A stretch of 43,856 nucleotides of DNA, taken from the NCBI GenBank assembly GCA_018897475.1, contig JAHIKS010000093.1, positions 1 through 43,856 on the forward strand, in the 5' to 3' direction. The stretch is from Candidatus Altiarchaeota archaeon. GTDB taxonomy: Archaea > Altiarchaeota > Altiarchaeia > IMC4 > QMZM01. The notes under the pieces were generated by a model, which saw nothing but the letters and a program-made list of their open reading frames with translations, ran no database searches and had not been told where the DNA came from. This document shows, one piece after another, positions 1 through 9,475 of the stretch. The position numbers were made by a program, and so were the translations under genes. Each line of letters begins with the position of its first letter. Position 1 is the first letter of the stretch.

Positions 1-1098
1 ATTTCCGGAATAATCCTCATATTGTTAATCTCTTCCTACTCGGAAGAATATGAGTGGGTCCCGGTCGGGGCCTTTGGGGGGCAGGAGTATGGTGATGATG
101 CTGAGGATGGAAAATTCTACGACCCAAAAGGTATAGATATCGGCTTTAATGGAACCATTTATGTCGTAGATACAGAGAATGATAGGTTCCAGGTATTTGA
201 TTCAAACTTTACGCATATTGAAACGGTGCGTGGATCGGATTATAATGGAATTGGAGAGCTTGATGATCCAGAAGGGATAGCGGTTAAGGTCATAAACAGC
301 AATATTACCTATGTGTATATAGCAGATACAAAAAATCATAGAATTGGAGTCAGGCTCCAGAATTACAGCTTCAACAACGAAACTAACAAAACCGAGGTGA
401 ATGATTCGTGGGTCGAGTTCGGTCAGAGATGTGACGACCCCGTCGATTGTAATTACGATAAGTATCACTACTTCGAGGCTCCTAAAAGCATCGAGGTTGA
501 TGCTGAGGGTACAGTGTATGTTGCAGATACAGATGAGGACAGAATCCAAATAATAGATTCTGACTTTGAAGCCCCATCCTTCAACTTCAGCGGCTCGGAC
601 TCCGTGGATGGTGAATTGAATGCACCTGAGGGAATCGCCATTGACTCCTCTGGGAATATCTATGTTGCTGATACAGGCAACAACAAGATAAGGATTTTCG
701 ACCCAAACGGCGTGCAGCTGAGGTCCTTCGGTAGCTTTGGTTCAGGTCAGAAGGAATTCAACGAACCCTCTGGAATAGAGGTCGACGATGAGGGCCGTAT
801 ATTCGTTGCCGACCGGGGCAATCACAGGATTCAAATCTTTGGTGTTTCAGGAAATTATATGACCGAGTTTGGAACAGAGAATTGCTCCACAGACATATAT
901 TATGATTCGAATATCTCCAAGGGGAAATTCTGCGACCCAAATGATGTCAAGGTAGTTGACGATAAGATTTATGTTGCAGATACAGGTACCCACAGGATAC
1001 AGGTCTTCCAAGTACCGGCGCTTCCCTCAGCAAATGTTACTGTAGATATAAAACTGAGGTATGGCTGGAACCTCTTTTCCATCCCCTTCGAACCCTAA
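1..1098 (+). CDS. NHL-repeat beta-propeller protein (N-terminus lies outside the window)
   Basis: ORF track 22..1098 (TTG-called start), but the frame is open back to base 1, so the 5' end is missing. At least five NHL-type blades of the form 'G.iYVADt.N.RIQ.F': IYVVDTENDRFQVF, VYVADTDEDRIQII, IYVADTGNNKIRIF, IFVADRGNHRIQIF, IYVADTGTHRIQVF. Confidence 0.75.
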   Translation: MSGIILILLISSYSEEYEWVPVGAFGGQEYGDDAEDGKFYDPKGIDIGFNGTIYVVDTENDRFQVFDSNFTHIETVRGSDYNGIGELDDPEGIAVKVINSNITYVYIADTKNHRIGVRLQNYSFNNETNKTEVNDSWVEFGQRCDDPVDCNYDKYHYFEAPKSIEVDAEGTVYVADTDEDRIQIIDSDFEAPSFNFSGSDSVDGELNAPEGIAIDSSGNIYVADTGNNKIRIFDPNGVQLRSFGSFGSGQKEFNEPSGIEVDDEGRIFVADRGNHRIQIFGVSGNYMTEFGTENCSTDIYYDSNISKGKFCDPNDVKVVDDKIYVADTGTHRIQVFQVPALPSANVTVDIKLRYGWNLFSIPFEP

Positions 1099-1099
1099 A

Positions 1100-2002
1100 A
1101 TGGATGTTACATCTATCGGCGACATAAATCTTGATGCCATAACGTCAAAGCTCAAAGAGCTGCCGGAGAAGGACTCGCAGAGAGTGGTATCAGACCTGTC
1201 CCTGAGCTCCGGGGGCTGTGCCGCAAATTTTGCGAAGGCGATAAGCAAGCTGGGACTTGAGACAAGGTTTATTGGAAAGATGGGGGATGACGTAATTGGG
1301 GAATTTCTAAGGAATTCCATGGAGGGTGTTGACCTTGTTCTGTCAAAAGGCAGTAAGAGTGGAATCACCTTCGCAATGGTCTTTGAGGATGACACCCGCT
1401 CCTTCGTAACATATCCGGGTTCAAATGGTGAATTCACAATTGGTGATATAAATCTCGACCTCATAGAGGGCAAATATCTCCACGTGGGCTCCTTCTTTCT
1501 CCAGGGGCTGAGAGAGGACACAAAGAAGGTCCTTGACCATGCGCACGGGAGGGGGATGAGCACTTCCTTCGATACCGGCTGGGATCCCGCGGGCTGGTGT
1601 AAAGAGGATATAACGCTCGTGAGAGAAATTCTGAAAGGTGTTGATATATTCTTCCCGAATCTGAAGGAGGGAGAGGCGATAACTGGGGCCAAAGGAAGGG
1701 AAAAGGTGTGCGAGGAGCTGCTTGCTCTTGGTCCTCAGATAATTGCCCTTAAGCTCGGTTCTGAAGGGAGTTATATTGCAAACGGGAAGGAGAGAATCTC
1801 CATTCCCCCAACCAAGGTCGACGTTGTCGACACAACCGGGGCAGGGGACGTCTTCGACGCCTCATTTGTCTACGGGCATTCGAAGGGCTGGGATTTAGAG
1901 AAGGTCGGAAAATTCGCAAATGCAGCTGCGGCTCTCTCGACGAGAGATTACGGGAGTAATGGCTATCCAGCCCCCGATGATGTGAATAGTATCTTGCAAT
2001 GA
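1100..2002 (+). CDS. PfkB/ribokinase-family carbohydrate kinase
   Basis: ORF track 1061..2002. The first ATG after the upstream stop is 1100 (MDVTSIGDINLD...). Contains a Gly-rich 'SSGGCAANFA' motif and the C-terminal PfkB signature 'DTTGAGDVFDASF'. Confidence 0.85.
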   Translation: MDVTSIGDINLDAITSKLKELPEKDSQRVVSDLSLSSGGCAANFAKAISKLGLETRFIGKMGDDVIGEFLRNSMEGVDLVLSKGSKSGITFAMVFEDDTRSFVTYPGSNGEFTIGDINLDLIEGKYLHVGSFFLQGLREDTKKVLDHAHGRGMSTSFDTGWDPAGWCKEDITLVREILKGVDIFFPNLKEGEAITGAKGREKVCEELLALGPQIIALKLGSEGSYIANGKERISIPPTKVDVVDTTGAGDVFDASFVYGHSKGWDLEKVGKFANAAAALSTRDYGSNGYPAPDDVNSILQ

Positions 2003-3048
2003 CCCTCTCATTCAAACCGGTCTGGTTCGACTCCATGGGTGCAAAGTCTTCTTCAACTCTTGTTGAGACTCCCGATGTTAGAATTCTTATAGACCCTGGC
2101 GTCTCAATCATGCAAAAAAGCTTCCCTGCCTCCATGAACAAAAAGATGGGGTGGCTGAAGCAGGGTGAAAAAGCGGTTCTGGATGCTAGCAGAGAGGCCG
2201 ATGTCGTCATAATTTCTCATTACCACTATGACCATTTTACAGACTTCGATGCGCGGCTCTATAAGGGAAAGAGGCTGTTTGTAAAGAACCCGAACGAATT
2301 CATAAATTATTCTCAAAGAGGGAGAGCTGAGAATTTCCTGGGGAATATTTGCAAAGAATTCGGGGAAATTAAATTTAAATCCATTTTAGAAAAAAATAAA
2401 GAAAAGAATTACCCGGACCCGATGAGCGATATACCGCTTGCGGCTGAGCAGGACTTCGGGGACTATAACAAGAGAAGGAGAGAATTGCTCGAGGAGGGTA
2501 GGGAGCGTTTTACTGGGCTGGCGAATTCATGGAACAAAAACAGAAGGATTCCTGAATTGGAATTCGAAGATATTAAAGTTGAATTTCCTGAGGGGAAAAA
2601 TTTTAGGTTTGGAAAAACGAAGTTAAAATTCTCGCAGCCTTTGTTCCATGGCATTGAGTACTCGCGGCTGGGCTGGGTCTCTGCGACGATGGTTGAGTCC
2701 GGGGGGAAGCGGCTGATGCACTCCTCGGATTTGTGCGGCGTCTATATCGAGGACTATGCTGAGATGATTGTTAAGGAGAATCCCGACATCCTTGTCCTTG
2801 ACGGGCCCCCAACCTACCTTTTGCCATACATGATGAATTCTATAAATCTTGATAGATGTATCAGGAATATTTGCAATATTATTAAAAATGTAGATTCTGA
2901 ATTAATCCTTCTTGACCATCATCTCCCGAGGGATTCTAAGTACAGGGAAAGGCTGGAAGAGGTCTATGCTCTTGCAGCAAAGGAGAATAAAGAAGTCACG
3001 ACCGCTGCGGAATGCCTTGGGCGGGAGGTTGCTGTCTCCGCTCCATGA
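1999..3048 (+). CDS. Metallo-beta-lactamase-fold hydrolase (UPF0282-like)
   Basis: 349-aa ORF with the HxHxDH motif as 'ISHYHYDHF'. Its start overlaps the kinase stop in an ATGA (1999-2002), suggesting co-transcription. Confidence 0.65.
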   Translation: MTLSFKPVWFDSMGAKSSSTLVETPDVRILIDPGVSIMQKSFPASMNKKMGWLKQGEKAVLDASREADVVIISHYHYDHFTDFDARLYKGKRLFVKNPNEFINYSQRGRAENFLGNICKEFGEIKFKSILEKNKEKNYPDPMSDIPLAAEQDFGDYNKRRRELLEEGRERFTGLANSWNKNRRIPELEFEDIKVEFPEGKNFRFGKTKLKFSQPLFHGIEYSRLGWVSATMVESGGKRLMHSSDLCGVYIEDYAEMIVKENPDILVLDGPPTYLLPYMMNSINLDRCIRNICNIIKNVDSELILLDHHLPRDSKYRERLEEVYALAAKENKEVTTAAECLGREVAVSAP

Positions 3049-4852
3049 CGTCCTCGAAATAGGACCTTGTCAGCTCTGCTACAGCCGGGGCGTGGGATAT
3101 GTTCCCGGATGGTTTGAGGCCCTCGCCGGAGAAGAACTCTGATATCGTTCCTATTCCTGCCTCCTTGGTGTGCTTCTCGAAGATATTTTCCAGAATCCCC
3201 TTGGCGTGGAGCCTCTTGTCAGAGACCCTCATCAGGAGCTTAGTGTAGGGCCCGAGGAGCCACGGGAATGCCGCTCCGTTGAACCGGTCATCGGGATTGT
3301 AGTTCCCGCTCTTCGGGTCAAGGGTCCTGATACCGGATTCCGTAACCAAGTCCTCGACGGAATTAAGAACCTTTTTCTGTAGTGTTTCATTAAGAGGAGA
3401 GAATTCCAACGTTAGTGCTATGAGCTGGTTCGGTCTCAGCGAGTCGTCGTCAAGGGTGTCCTTTAGATGGCTCCCATTCCAGAATTCCTCAGGGAAATTC
3501 TCCTCGAAGGCGAGGTATATTCCCCGGAAGTCAATCTCTTTATCCTCCATGAGTCCTGAGAGATTCTCCATTATTTTTAGTGAATTATACCATAAGCCTT
3601 GAACCTCGACCGCGTTGTCCCTATTCGGCATCCATGTCCCGCCCTTGTGCATGAGGAGGCCGTTCTTCTCCATGTCTATGTATCCCTTTACCATGTCCTT
3701 CATGTCCCACCAGTAGGTATGCAGCAGCCCCTTGAGCCTCTCCATGCCTGCCGCTTTCCCGTATTTGTAGAGGCGGTCAATGAGCCAGAGGGTCGTGTCG
3801 ATGCTGTCATATACTGGCTCTCCGTCGATGATGCTGCCCGGGACTCCGTTCCGGGTAGAGCTGTTGAGAATCCTCTCGAAGACCGGCTCAGCGTCGTCGA
3901 ATCTTTGGTTGATTAGAGTCAGGCCGGGCAGGGCTATCATCGCCTCCCTTACGTTTTCTCCGGAAAACGGATAGGAGATGATGCTTTTCTTTGAGTCTAT
4001 GTCGACTATGAAGGTCTCGGCTATTTTCAGGAGAGCGAAAATCGAGGAGCCCATGTCGGAGGAAAGGATTCTGCTCTTTTTCTCCCTCAGCTGTGACAAA
4101 TCCTTGAATGCGCTAGCGGTCTTTTCCTCTGTTTCGTAAGCAAGGGCCGAGAGGGTGAAGTCATGTGTCGAGTTTCCATTAACGAAGAACTCAAAGAATG
4201 CAGGGATATGATGAAAATTCTCTTTATTATCAGAATAAATAAAAGAATCCCATCTTTCGCCTTCGTTCTCCCTGCAGATTGCCTTGTCGGAGTAGATTGT
4301 CAGGTAGCCAAGCTCTGAGCTGACTCCCAGAATCTTGTCTGTGAAGAATTTTGATTGGAATTCAATGCCCTTGGACCCGATAGCGTTCGCTTCTCTTGAA
4401 TTAGCAAGGACTTTAACCCTGATTTTGAGGGGGACGGGGTTTTTGTTCTCAGCATTATAGAGAACGACAACGCCGTTCTTGTCCTGCATGGGGTTTATCG
4501 TCTTGGTGAGGGAGAATTCATCAAAGTGATGGTAATAGGAAACGGAATTGTGGTTAAAGTCGAATTTCCCTGGGCCTTTGTAGCAGGGGTCTTTCAGGTT
4601 TATAACCCTGTCCTCAAGATGAATCCCCTCCTCCAGGCCCTCGAGATATACCCTTCTTTTCAGATTATCGCAAGCAGAAACAAGGAGCGCCTGATGTCTG
4701 TTTGTAGGCAAATCGAGAATGGTCGAGGCGCAGTAGCCGCCAAGTCTGTTGGGAATCAGCCACTCCAGCCCTCTGGACCTTTCCTGGCCGAGGGCGTTTG
4801 GATTGAATGTAGCGAAGGGGGTTTCACTCATCTTGCTATCTGAATACCTCAT
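2996..4852 (-). CDS. Glycogen-debranching-enzyme family protein (amylo-alpha-1,6-glucosidase-like)
   Basis: 618-aa ORF. The N-terminal 'LEWLIPNRLGGYCASTI...NRHQALLV' resembles the GDE N-terminal domain. The C-terminal half ('GGTWMPNRDNAVEVQGLWYNSL', 'NGAAFPWLLGPY') resembles the (alpha/alpha)6 GDE_C domain. The start may be M1 (4852) or M8 (4831). Confidence 0.7.
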   Translation of the reverse strand: MRYSDSKMSETPFATFNPNALGQERSRGLEWLIPNRLGGYCASTILDLPTNRHQALLVSACDNLKRRVYLEGLEEGIHLEDRVINLKDPCYKGPGKFDFNHNSVSYYHHFDEFSLTKTINPMQDKNGVVVLYNAENKNPVPLKIRVKVLANSREANAIGSKGIEFQSKFFTDKILGVSSELGYLTIYSDKAICRENEGERWDSFIYSDNKENFHHIPAFFEFFVNGNSTHDFTLSALAYETEEKTASAFKDLSQLREKKSRILSSDMGSSIFALLKIAETFIVDIDSKKSIISYPFSGENVREAMIALPGLTLINQRFDDAEPVFERILNSSTRNGVPGSIIDGEPVYDSIDTTLWLIDRLYKYGKAAGMERLKGLLHTYWWDMKDMVKGYIDMEKNGLLMHKGGTWMPNRDNAVEVQGLWYNSLKIMENLSGLMEDKEIDFRGIYLAFEENFPEEFWNGSHLKDTLDDDSLRPNQLIALTLEFSPLNETLQKKVLNSVEDLVTESGIRTLDPKSGNYNPDDRFNGAAFPWLLGPYTKLLMRVSDKRLHAKGILENIFEKHTKEAGIGTISEFFSGEGLKPSGNISHAPAVAELTRSYFEDVMERRQQPPAQGIPQRS

Positions 4853-5282
4853 TGTCTAGGACTAGGTGACTGAAAAAGCCGATAATGGCAAATCCAACGT
4901 AGTAGAGGTCTATTAGATATAGGGGAAGCGAGAGTAAAATTCCAATGATTGGCGTATGGAAGAGCCCCCTGTGCCTTGAGAACCATAACAGGTAGAGGAA
5001 CAGGATTAGCATCAGCGGGATATAGATTAGCTCCATCCTCCGCAGGAACACGAATGCCAGAAGGCAGATAATCGATGCGGCAAGAAAGAGCCTGCCGAGA
5101 ATCTTCCGCATCTTCGATGAGGGGGTATCCATGTCCGGCAGAATTGAATAGAGGATTCCGATTATGTTTCCAAAGATGAGGGTTTCTATTGAAAGATGAA
5201 AATTCAGAAGTTTATCCGATAATAATAGCAGGATTCCCACCATTACCAGATAGCCGAAGATGTGGACTTTGTAGCTGGGCAT
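4836..5282 (-). CDS. Small polytopic membrane protein, DUF457/YdjM-like putative metal-dependent hydrolase
   Basis: 148-aa ORF, strongly hydrophobic with several predicted TM helices and His-containing motifs (KVHIFGY, HRGLFHTP, SHLVLD). The family assignment is tentative. Confidence 0.45.
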   Translation of the reverse strand: MPSYKVHIFGYLVMVGILLLLSDKLLNFHLSIETLIFGNIIGILYSILPDMDTPSSKMRKILGRLFLAASIICLLAFVFLRRMELIYIPLMLILFLYLLWFSRHRGLFHTPIIGILLSLPLYLIDLYYVGFAIIGFFSHLVLDNEVFR

Positions 5283-5319
5283 GGTATAATATTTCTACTT
5301 GGAGCATATAATCTATCAT

Positions 5320-7254
5320 ATGGCATTTATTGAATTCGTTACTCCATTGGCTCTGGCAGGGGTCCTCCTCCTGGCTCCAATCATAATCCTCTATCTACTG
5401 AAACCAAAGCCGAAACACATAAAGCTGCCAACCCTGATGTTCGTAATTTCAAAGAGGAGGAGAAAGAGGTTTGCGTCCTTCTTCAACAGGTTCATAAGGG
5501 ACCCGTTGCTTCTTCTGCAGCTCCTGATAATAATGCTCCTTGTCCTTACGGTGGCGAATCCCTTCATGATGCTGTTTGAGGAAAGGAGCGAAAAGGAGGC
5601 CGTAGTATTTGTCATTGATGCTTCGGCAAGCATGCAGTCAACAGATGTAAGCCCAAGCAGATTCGAAAAGGCCAAGGAGCTTGCGATGCAGGTTCTTAAC
5701 TACCAGAATCCCGAAAGCCCGATAAGTCTTGTTCTGGCCGAAAACGTTCCGATACTCCTTCTGAGGGATGGGAGACAGGAGGATGTCGGTGGAATTCTAT
5801 CCGTCATTGGCGCCGCAGACACCGGCTCCAACATAGGGGATTCGGTTCTCTTCGGAAAGGACCTTCTATCAGGTTCCAGTATGAATAAGAGAATCTATGT
5901 GTTTTCTGATTTCTCGAAGAGCCAGGAATCCGAGCTGGAATTCTCAAGGAAGGTTGCATCAATGGGCAATGTTGCGGTTGAATTTGTAAGGGTCTCAGGC
6001 GAGGGAGAGAATTTAGGCGTAATAGAGATGGGCGTGAAGCGCTTTATCACGGAACCGGAAAAATGCTCCATAACATTCACTGTAAAGAATTTCGGTCAGA
6101 TGGAGCAGGGGCCGTCCGTGGATGTCCTTGTTGATGGCGGGGGTGTGGACACGATAACAAGCTACATCAAAGGGGGGGAGCAGTTCCTATACCACCTCGA
6201 GCCGGACATTACGGAAGATGAGCACACAATAAAGGTCATGATAAATGCAAACGACGCCCTGGCTGTTGATAATACGGCCTTTGCCTTTCTCCCCAAGGTA
6301 AGGAAATACGGGGTTTTGCTGATTACGAAGGAGGGCTCGGGCAACTATCTGAAATATGCCCTTGAAGCATCATCGAATGTTGAACTCGAGGTTTCCATTC
6401 TTCCAATCGTTCCAGAATTTCACGATTTTGATACAGTAATATTTGGAGACCTGAACCCGGAACTTGTTCTTCCCGGAACGTTTAAGAAGCTTGATGAATA
6501 CGCTAGGGGTGGTGGGAGCGTTGTATTCCTGGCCTCATCAGGCCTGGAGGGGATAAACAATGAAAATCTGGGATCCCTTCTTCCGGTCATGCTTATCGGT
6601 CTCAGGGAGGGGGATGAAAGGATAATGGTGGAACAGAACCATGAAATCATATCCAGTGTAACGCTTCAGAATCTAATCACAAAGAGGCATATGCGATGTG
6701 TGGCAAAGAACCAGAGCAGCGTAATAGCAACCATAGATGAGAGCCCCGCACTTGCCTATCATAGCTACGGGAATGGGAAGGTTGCCTTTGTTGGAATAAA
6801 TCCGGATGAGGAATGGAGCAACTTCTACTACAGCTCCTCCCACCCCATATTCTGGTTCCAGTTACTGCAATGGATAAATAGGGGTGAAAATTCACTGGTT
6901 ATCAACAACTTCAAGACGGGAGAGTCGCTGCCTGTAAATGGTAGAATTAATGTTGTAACTCCATCCGGGAAGTCCCTTGATACAGGAAACGTAATACTGG
7001 ACGAGGTCGGAATCTATGGTATAAGATTCGATGATTTGGACGATAAGATAGCCGTTTCCCTTCTCGATGAGTCGGAATCCGCAATCTCCGAATCCATTCC
7101 TAGCCTGAATACAATAAATGATGAGAATTTTGTAATCTCCGGGGAGAAGGTTCAGACAAAGAGGGAGCTCTGGTTCTATATCCTCGCTCTCGGATTGCTC
7201 TTCCTTTTTATTGAAATTCTGGTTTACAAGAGGAGAGGGCTTCTTGAGGAATAG
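5320..7254 (+). CDS. Membrane-anchored von Willebrand factor A (VWA) domain protein, BatA-like N-terminus
   Basis: ORF track 5299..7254; ATG at 5320 (MAFIEF...). Two N-terminal TM helices, the VWA MIDAS motif 'VFVIDASASMQSTD' (DxSxS), and a C-terminal TM helix 'LWFYILALGLLFLFIEILVY'. Confidence 0.6.
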   Translation: MAFIEFVTPLALAGVLLLAPIIILYLLKPKPKHIKLPTLMFVISKRRRKRFASFFNRFIRDPLLLLQLLIIMLLVLTVANPFMMLFEERSEKEAVVFVIDASASMQSTDVSPSRFEKAKELAMQVLNYQNPESPISLVLAENVPILLLRDGRQEDVGGILSVIGAADTGSNIGDSVLFGKDLLSGSSMNKRIYVFSDFSKSQESELEFSRKVASMGNVAVEFVRVSGEGENLGVIEMGVKRFITEPEKCSITFTVKNFGQMEQGPSVDVLVDGGGVDTITSYIKGGEQFLYHLEPDITEDEHTIKVMINANDALAVDNTAFAFLPKVRKYGVLLITKEGSGNYLKYALEASSNVELEVSILPIVPEFHDFDTVIFGDLNPELVLPGTFKKLDEYARGGGSVVFLASSGLEGINNENLGSLLPVMLIGLREGDERIMVEQNHEIISSVTLQNLITKRHMRCVAKNQSSVIATIDESPALAYHSYGNGKVAFVGINPDEEWSNFYYSSSHPIFWFQLLQWINRGENSLVINNFKTGESLPVNGRINVVTPSGKSLDTGNVILDEVGIYGIRFDDLDDKIAVSLLDESESAISESIPSLNTINDENFVISGEKVQTKRELWFYILALGLLFLFIEILVYKRRGLLEE

Positions 7255-7300
7255 TTTCCGATATTTATGTGTCTCTTACCCAATAAAAGACACCCAGAGA

Positions 7301-8221
7301 ATGAAAACCAAGTGGAAGGTCCTTATCCTGGTATCTTTGATTATCTTTGTTACTCTCGGCATCATCGGAATTATAGCTCTCGTTGGAGAGTTCAATGAGA
7401 ACGAGATGCCCTTTTTTGGGAACAAGATTGCCATAGTTCCCATAAAGGGTTATATAACGACGGAGAGCTGCGGGCCCAGCATGATTGGTGGGGCACAGTG
7501 CGCCGAGGTGGCAGTGATAGAGAGTAGGATACATGGCGCTGAAAGCGACCCCTCGATAAGGGCCATCGTCCTTGACATAAATTCCGGTGGTGGCAGTGTC
7601 GTTGCTACAGGCGAGATTGAGAAGGCTGTACGGGATTGTAACAAGCCCGTTGTTGCCTGGGTTGAAGAAGTGGGAGCTTCGGGAGCCTACTACATCGCCT
7701 CGGCAGCAGATGTCGTTGTCGCTGACAAGAATTCAATGGTCGGGAACATAGGCGTTATAATGACGGTCCCCCACTATTACGGCCTGATGGGAATGATTGG
7801 CGTTAACATGACAGTGATTAAGGCAGGGAACAGCAAGGATATAGGAAGCCCCTACAGAGAGATGACCGAGGAAGAGGAGGGTGATCTTCAGGGAATGGTG
7901 AATAAAATCTACTATGATTTTGTTTCAGGGGTGGCAGAAAACAGGGGCCTTTCAGTGGAGTATGTGGAGAACGTATCCGATGGTAGCATATATCTGGGTA
8001 GTGAGGCGCAGGAGCTTGGGCTGGTTGATGTCCTTGGAGGAAGGTCAGTTGCCATAGAGATTGCAGCAGAGCTCGGAGGGATTGAAGGGGCTCCAGGCAT
8101 AGTCGAGGTAAGGCCAAAGAGAACCCTTGTGGACCTGTTGTCGGAAATGTCAACACATATGGGCTATGGAATAGGTAAAGGTATAATAAGCGAATACGGA
8201 GGTCAAAAATGGGCAGAATAA
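7301..8221 (+). CDS. sppA: Signal peptide peptidase SppA (36K type)
   Basis: ORF track 7211..8221; likely ATG at 7301 (MKTKWKVLILV..., an N-terminal TM anchor). ClpP/crotonase-like motifs 'VLDINSGGGSV' and 'GASGAYYIASAAD' (catalytic Ser region). Confidence 0.8.
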   Translation: MKTKWKVLILVSLIIFVTLGIIGIIALVGEFNENEMPFFGNKIAIVPIKGYITTESCGPSMIGGAQCAEVAVIESRIHGAESDPSIRAIVLDINSGGGSVVATGEIEKAVRDCNKPVVAWVEEVGASGAYYIASAADVVVADKNSMVGNIGVIMTVPHYYGLMGMIGVNMTVIKAGNSKDIGSPYREMTEEEEGDLQGMVNKIYYDFVSGVAENRGLSVEYVENVSDGSIYLGSEAQELGLVDVLGGRSVAIEIAAELGGIEGAPGIVEVRPKRTLVDLLSEMSTHMGYGIGKGIISEYGGQKWAE

Positions 8222-8409
8222 AACAAACGTATCTGAAGAGGATTGCCAACGAGCTCCTTGAGAAATACAAGGTGGAATTCAGCAAGGACTTTCAGAAGAA
8301 CAAGGAGAAGGTACAAGAGCTAAGTACTGTAAAGAGCAAATCCATAAGAAACAAGATTGCAGGCTACATAACGAAGGTTATGAAGAGGGACGCGACAGAG
8401 GTAATCTAG
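8209..8409 (+). CDS. rps17e: 30S ribosomal protein S17e (eS17)
   Basis: 66-aa ORF 'MGRIKQTYLKRIANELLEKY...', the characteristic eS17 N-terminus (GRIRTK/IKR pattern), with typical size. Confidence 0.85.
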   Translation: MGRIKQTYLKRIANELLEKYKVEFSKDFQKNKEKVQELSTVKSKSIRNKIAGYITKVMKRDATEVI

Positions 8410-9197
8410 ATTTCATAACACCTCTCTTTGTAGCCGCAGGCCTCGCATTTCTTACCGGAGCCGTGGGGGCAGATTTCTGGGATTTTTCCCTGAAGGATTT
8501 CTATTATTGCATCCCTTGTATTGATTACCTCACGTCTCAGTTTCTCCGTCGTCATTACCGGCCGTCTCTCCTGGATTCTGGTGTATTCGACGAAGCCATA
8601 GGATATGGGTTCTTTAAGGCCGAATTTGTCCTCAAGGAGCATTGCATAGGCGCACGTCTGGAGGCGGTCGCCTTCCCACACGCCGTCTGACGGCTGGCCC
8701 GTCTTTATCTCTACCGGAACGTATGTCTCATCGAGCATTATCTTGTCGACTCTGCCAGTAATTCCAATGCTGTCTGACCTTATGTAGTACTCGACCTTCC
8801 AGGGAGTTACAAGCTGCAGAGCCTTTTCGATACCAATCTCCTCGACAATAATTCCCAACTTGGTGTTTATGGTTCCAATTTCAGAGAGCACTTCTGCCTT
8901 TATATCCGGAACAAGCGTCTCATAACTGGCGTCCTTCAGCATGTTCTTGTAGATGTGCGGGAAATCCTGCATGATTTGCTCCAATTCCTGTAGAAGGAGC
9001 GCCTCCAGCTCGTGCGGGTGCTGAATTTTCCCGAGAAGCTTCGCCTGCCTCATGCTGAGCTCCTTTCTCACGGCATGCCCAAGGAGGCCTTTGGTCTGCT
9101 CAAGGGTCGGCGCGGCCCTTATTTTCAATACTTTTGAAAAGTAGATGCTTCTGGGACAAAAGGTGTACTGATTCAAAGTAGAGGCATTGACATTCAT
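8406..9197 (-). CDS. Cas4-family (DUF83) PD-(D/E)xK exonuclease with 4-Cys cluster, stand-alone
   Basis: N-terminal Cys in 'YTFCPRSIYF'. Nuclease motif 'GRVDKI...VPVEIKTG' (D...ExK) and 'QTCAYAMLLE' (QxxxY). C-terminal Cys-rich tail 'CPHGSGKKCEACGYKERC', whose last three Cys form CX2CX5C. No CRISPR array or other cas genes are in the window. Confidence 0.75.
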   Translation of the reverse strand: MNVNASTLNQYTFCPRSIYFSKVLKIRAAPTLEQTKGLLGHAVRKELSMRQAKLLGKIQHPHELEALLLQELEQIMQDFPHIYKNMLKDASYETLVPDIKAEVLSEIGTINTKLGIIVEEIGIEKALQLVTPWKVEYYIRSDSIGITGRVDKIMLDETYVPVEIKTGQPSDGVWEGDRLQTCAYAMLLEDKFGLKEPISYGFVEYTRIQERRPVMTTEKLRREVINTRDAIIEILQGKIPEICPHGSGKKCEACGYKERCYEI

Positions 9198-9245
9198 CTT
9201 ACAGAACTGATATTCTTAGAAGTAAGATGAGATAAGGGATTAACC

Positions 9246-9404
9246 TTAGACTGATGCCTTAGCAGCCATCTTCTTGTTCTTTCTCCTTATCTTGTCGGTC
9301 TTCCCGCATTTCCTGCACTTTGTTGCCCCCAGTGGGTTCTTTGCGTTGCATTCCATGCAGATTCCCTTGAAGATTCTAATCTCTGCTTCCTTGAATCGTG
9401 CCAT
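9246..9404 (-). CDS. rpl40e: 50S ribosomal protein L40e (eL40)
   Basis: Not in the ORF track because it is only 52 aa. My hand translation of the minus strand is [52 protein letters not shown]. This shows the eL40 pattern (MARF.EAE...IC..C.A.N......CRKCG) with a C4 zinc ribbon. Confidence 0.8.
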   Translation of the reverse strand: MARFKEAEIRIFKGICMECNAKNPLGATKCRKCGKTDKIRRKNKKMAAKASV

Positions 9405-9475
9405 TTCAGATATAATTACTATAAAGGGAAGGCATAAAAATGCAGAATTTAAGCCCTCTATCTTAATTTCTTAGG

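Noticed and set aside
1027-1692. Long antisense or overlapping ORFs in the six-frame track, for example 1027..1692(-), 12305..12859(-), 20330..20791(+), 20895..21374(+), 27836..28234(-), 30522..31184(-), 35444..35902(-), 35866..36393(-) and 37174..37653(+).
   Set aside because: Each lies opposite or out of frame to a CDS with strong family motifs and has low-complexity, Ser/Pro/Arg-rich shadow-ORF composition. 27836..28234(-) even runs through the tRNA gene.
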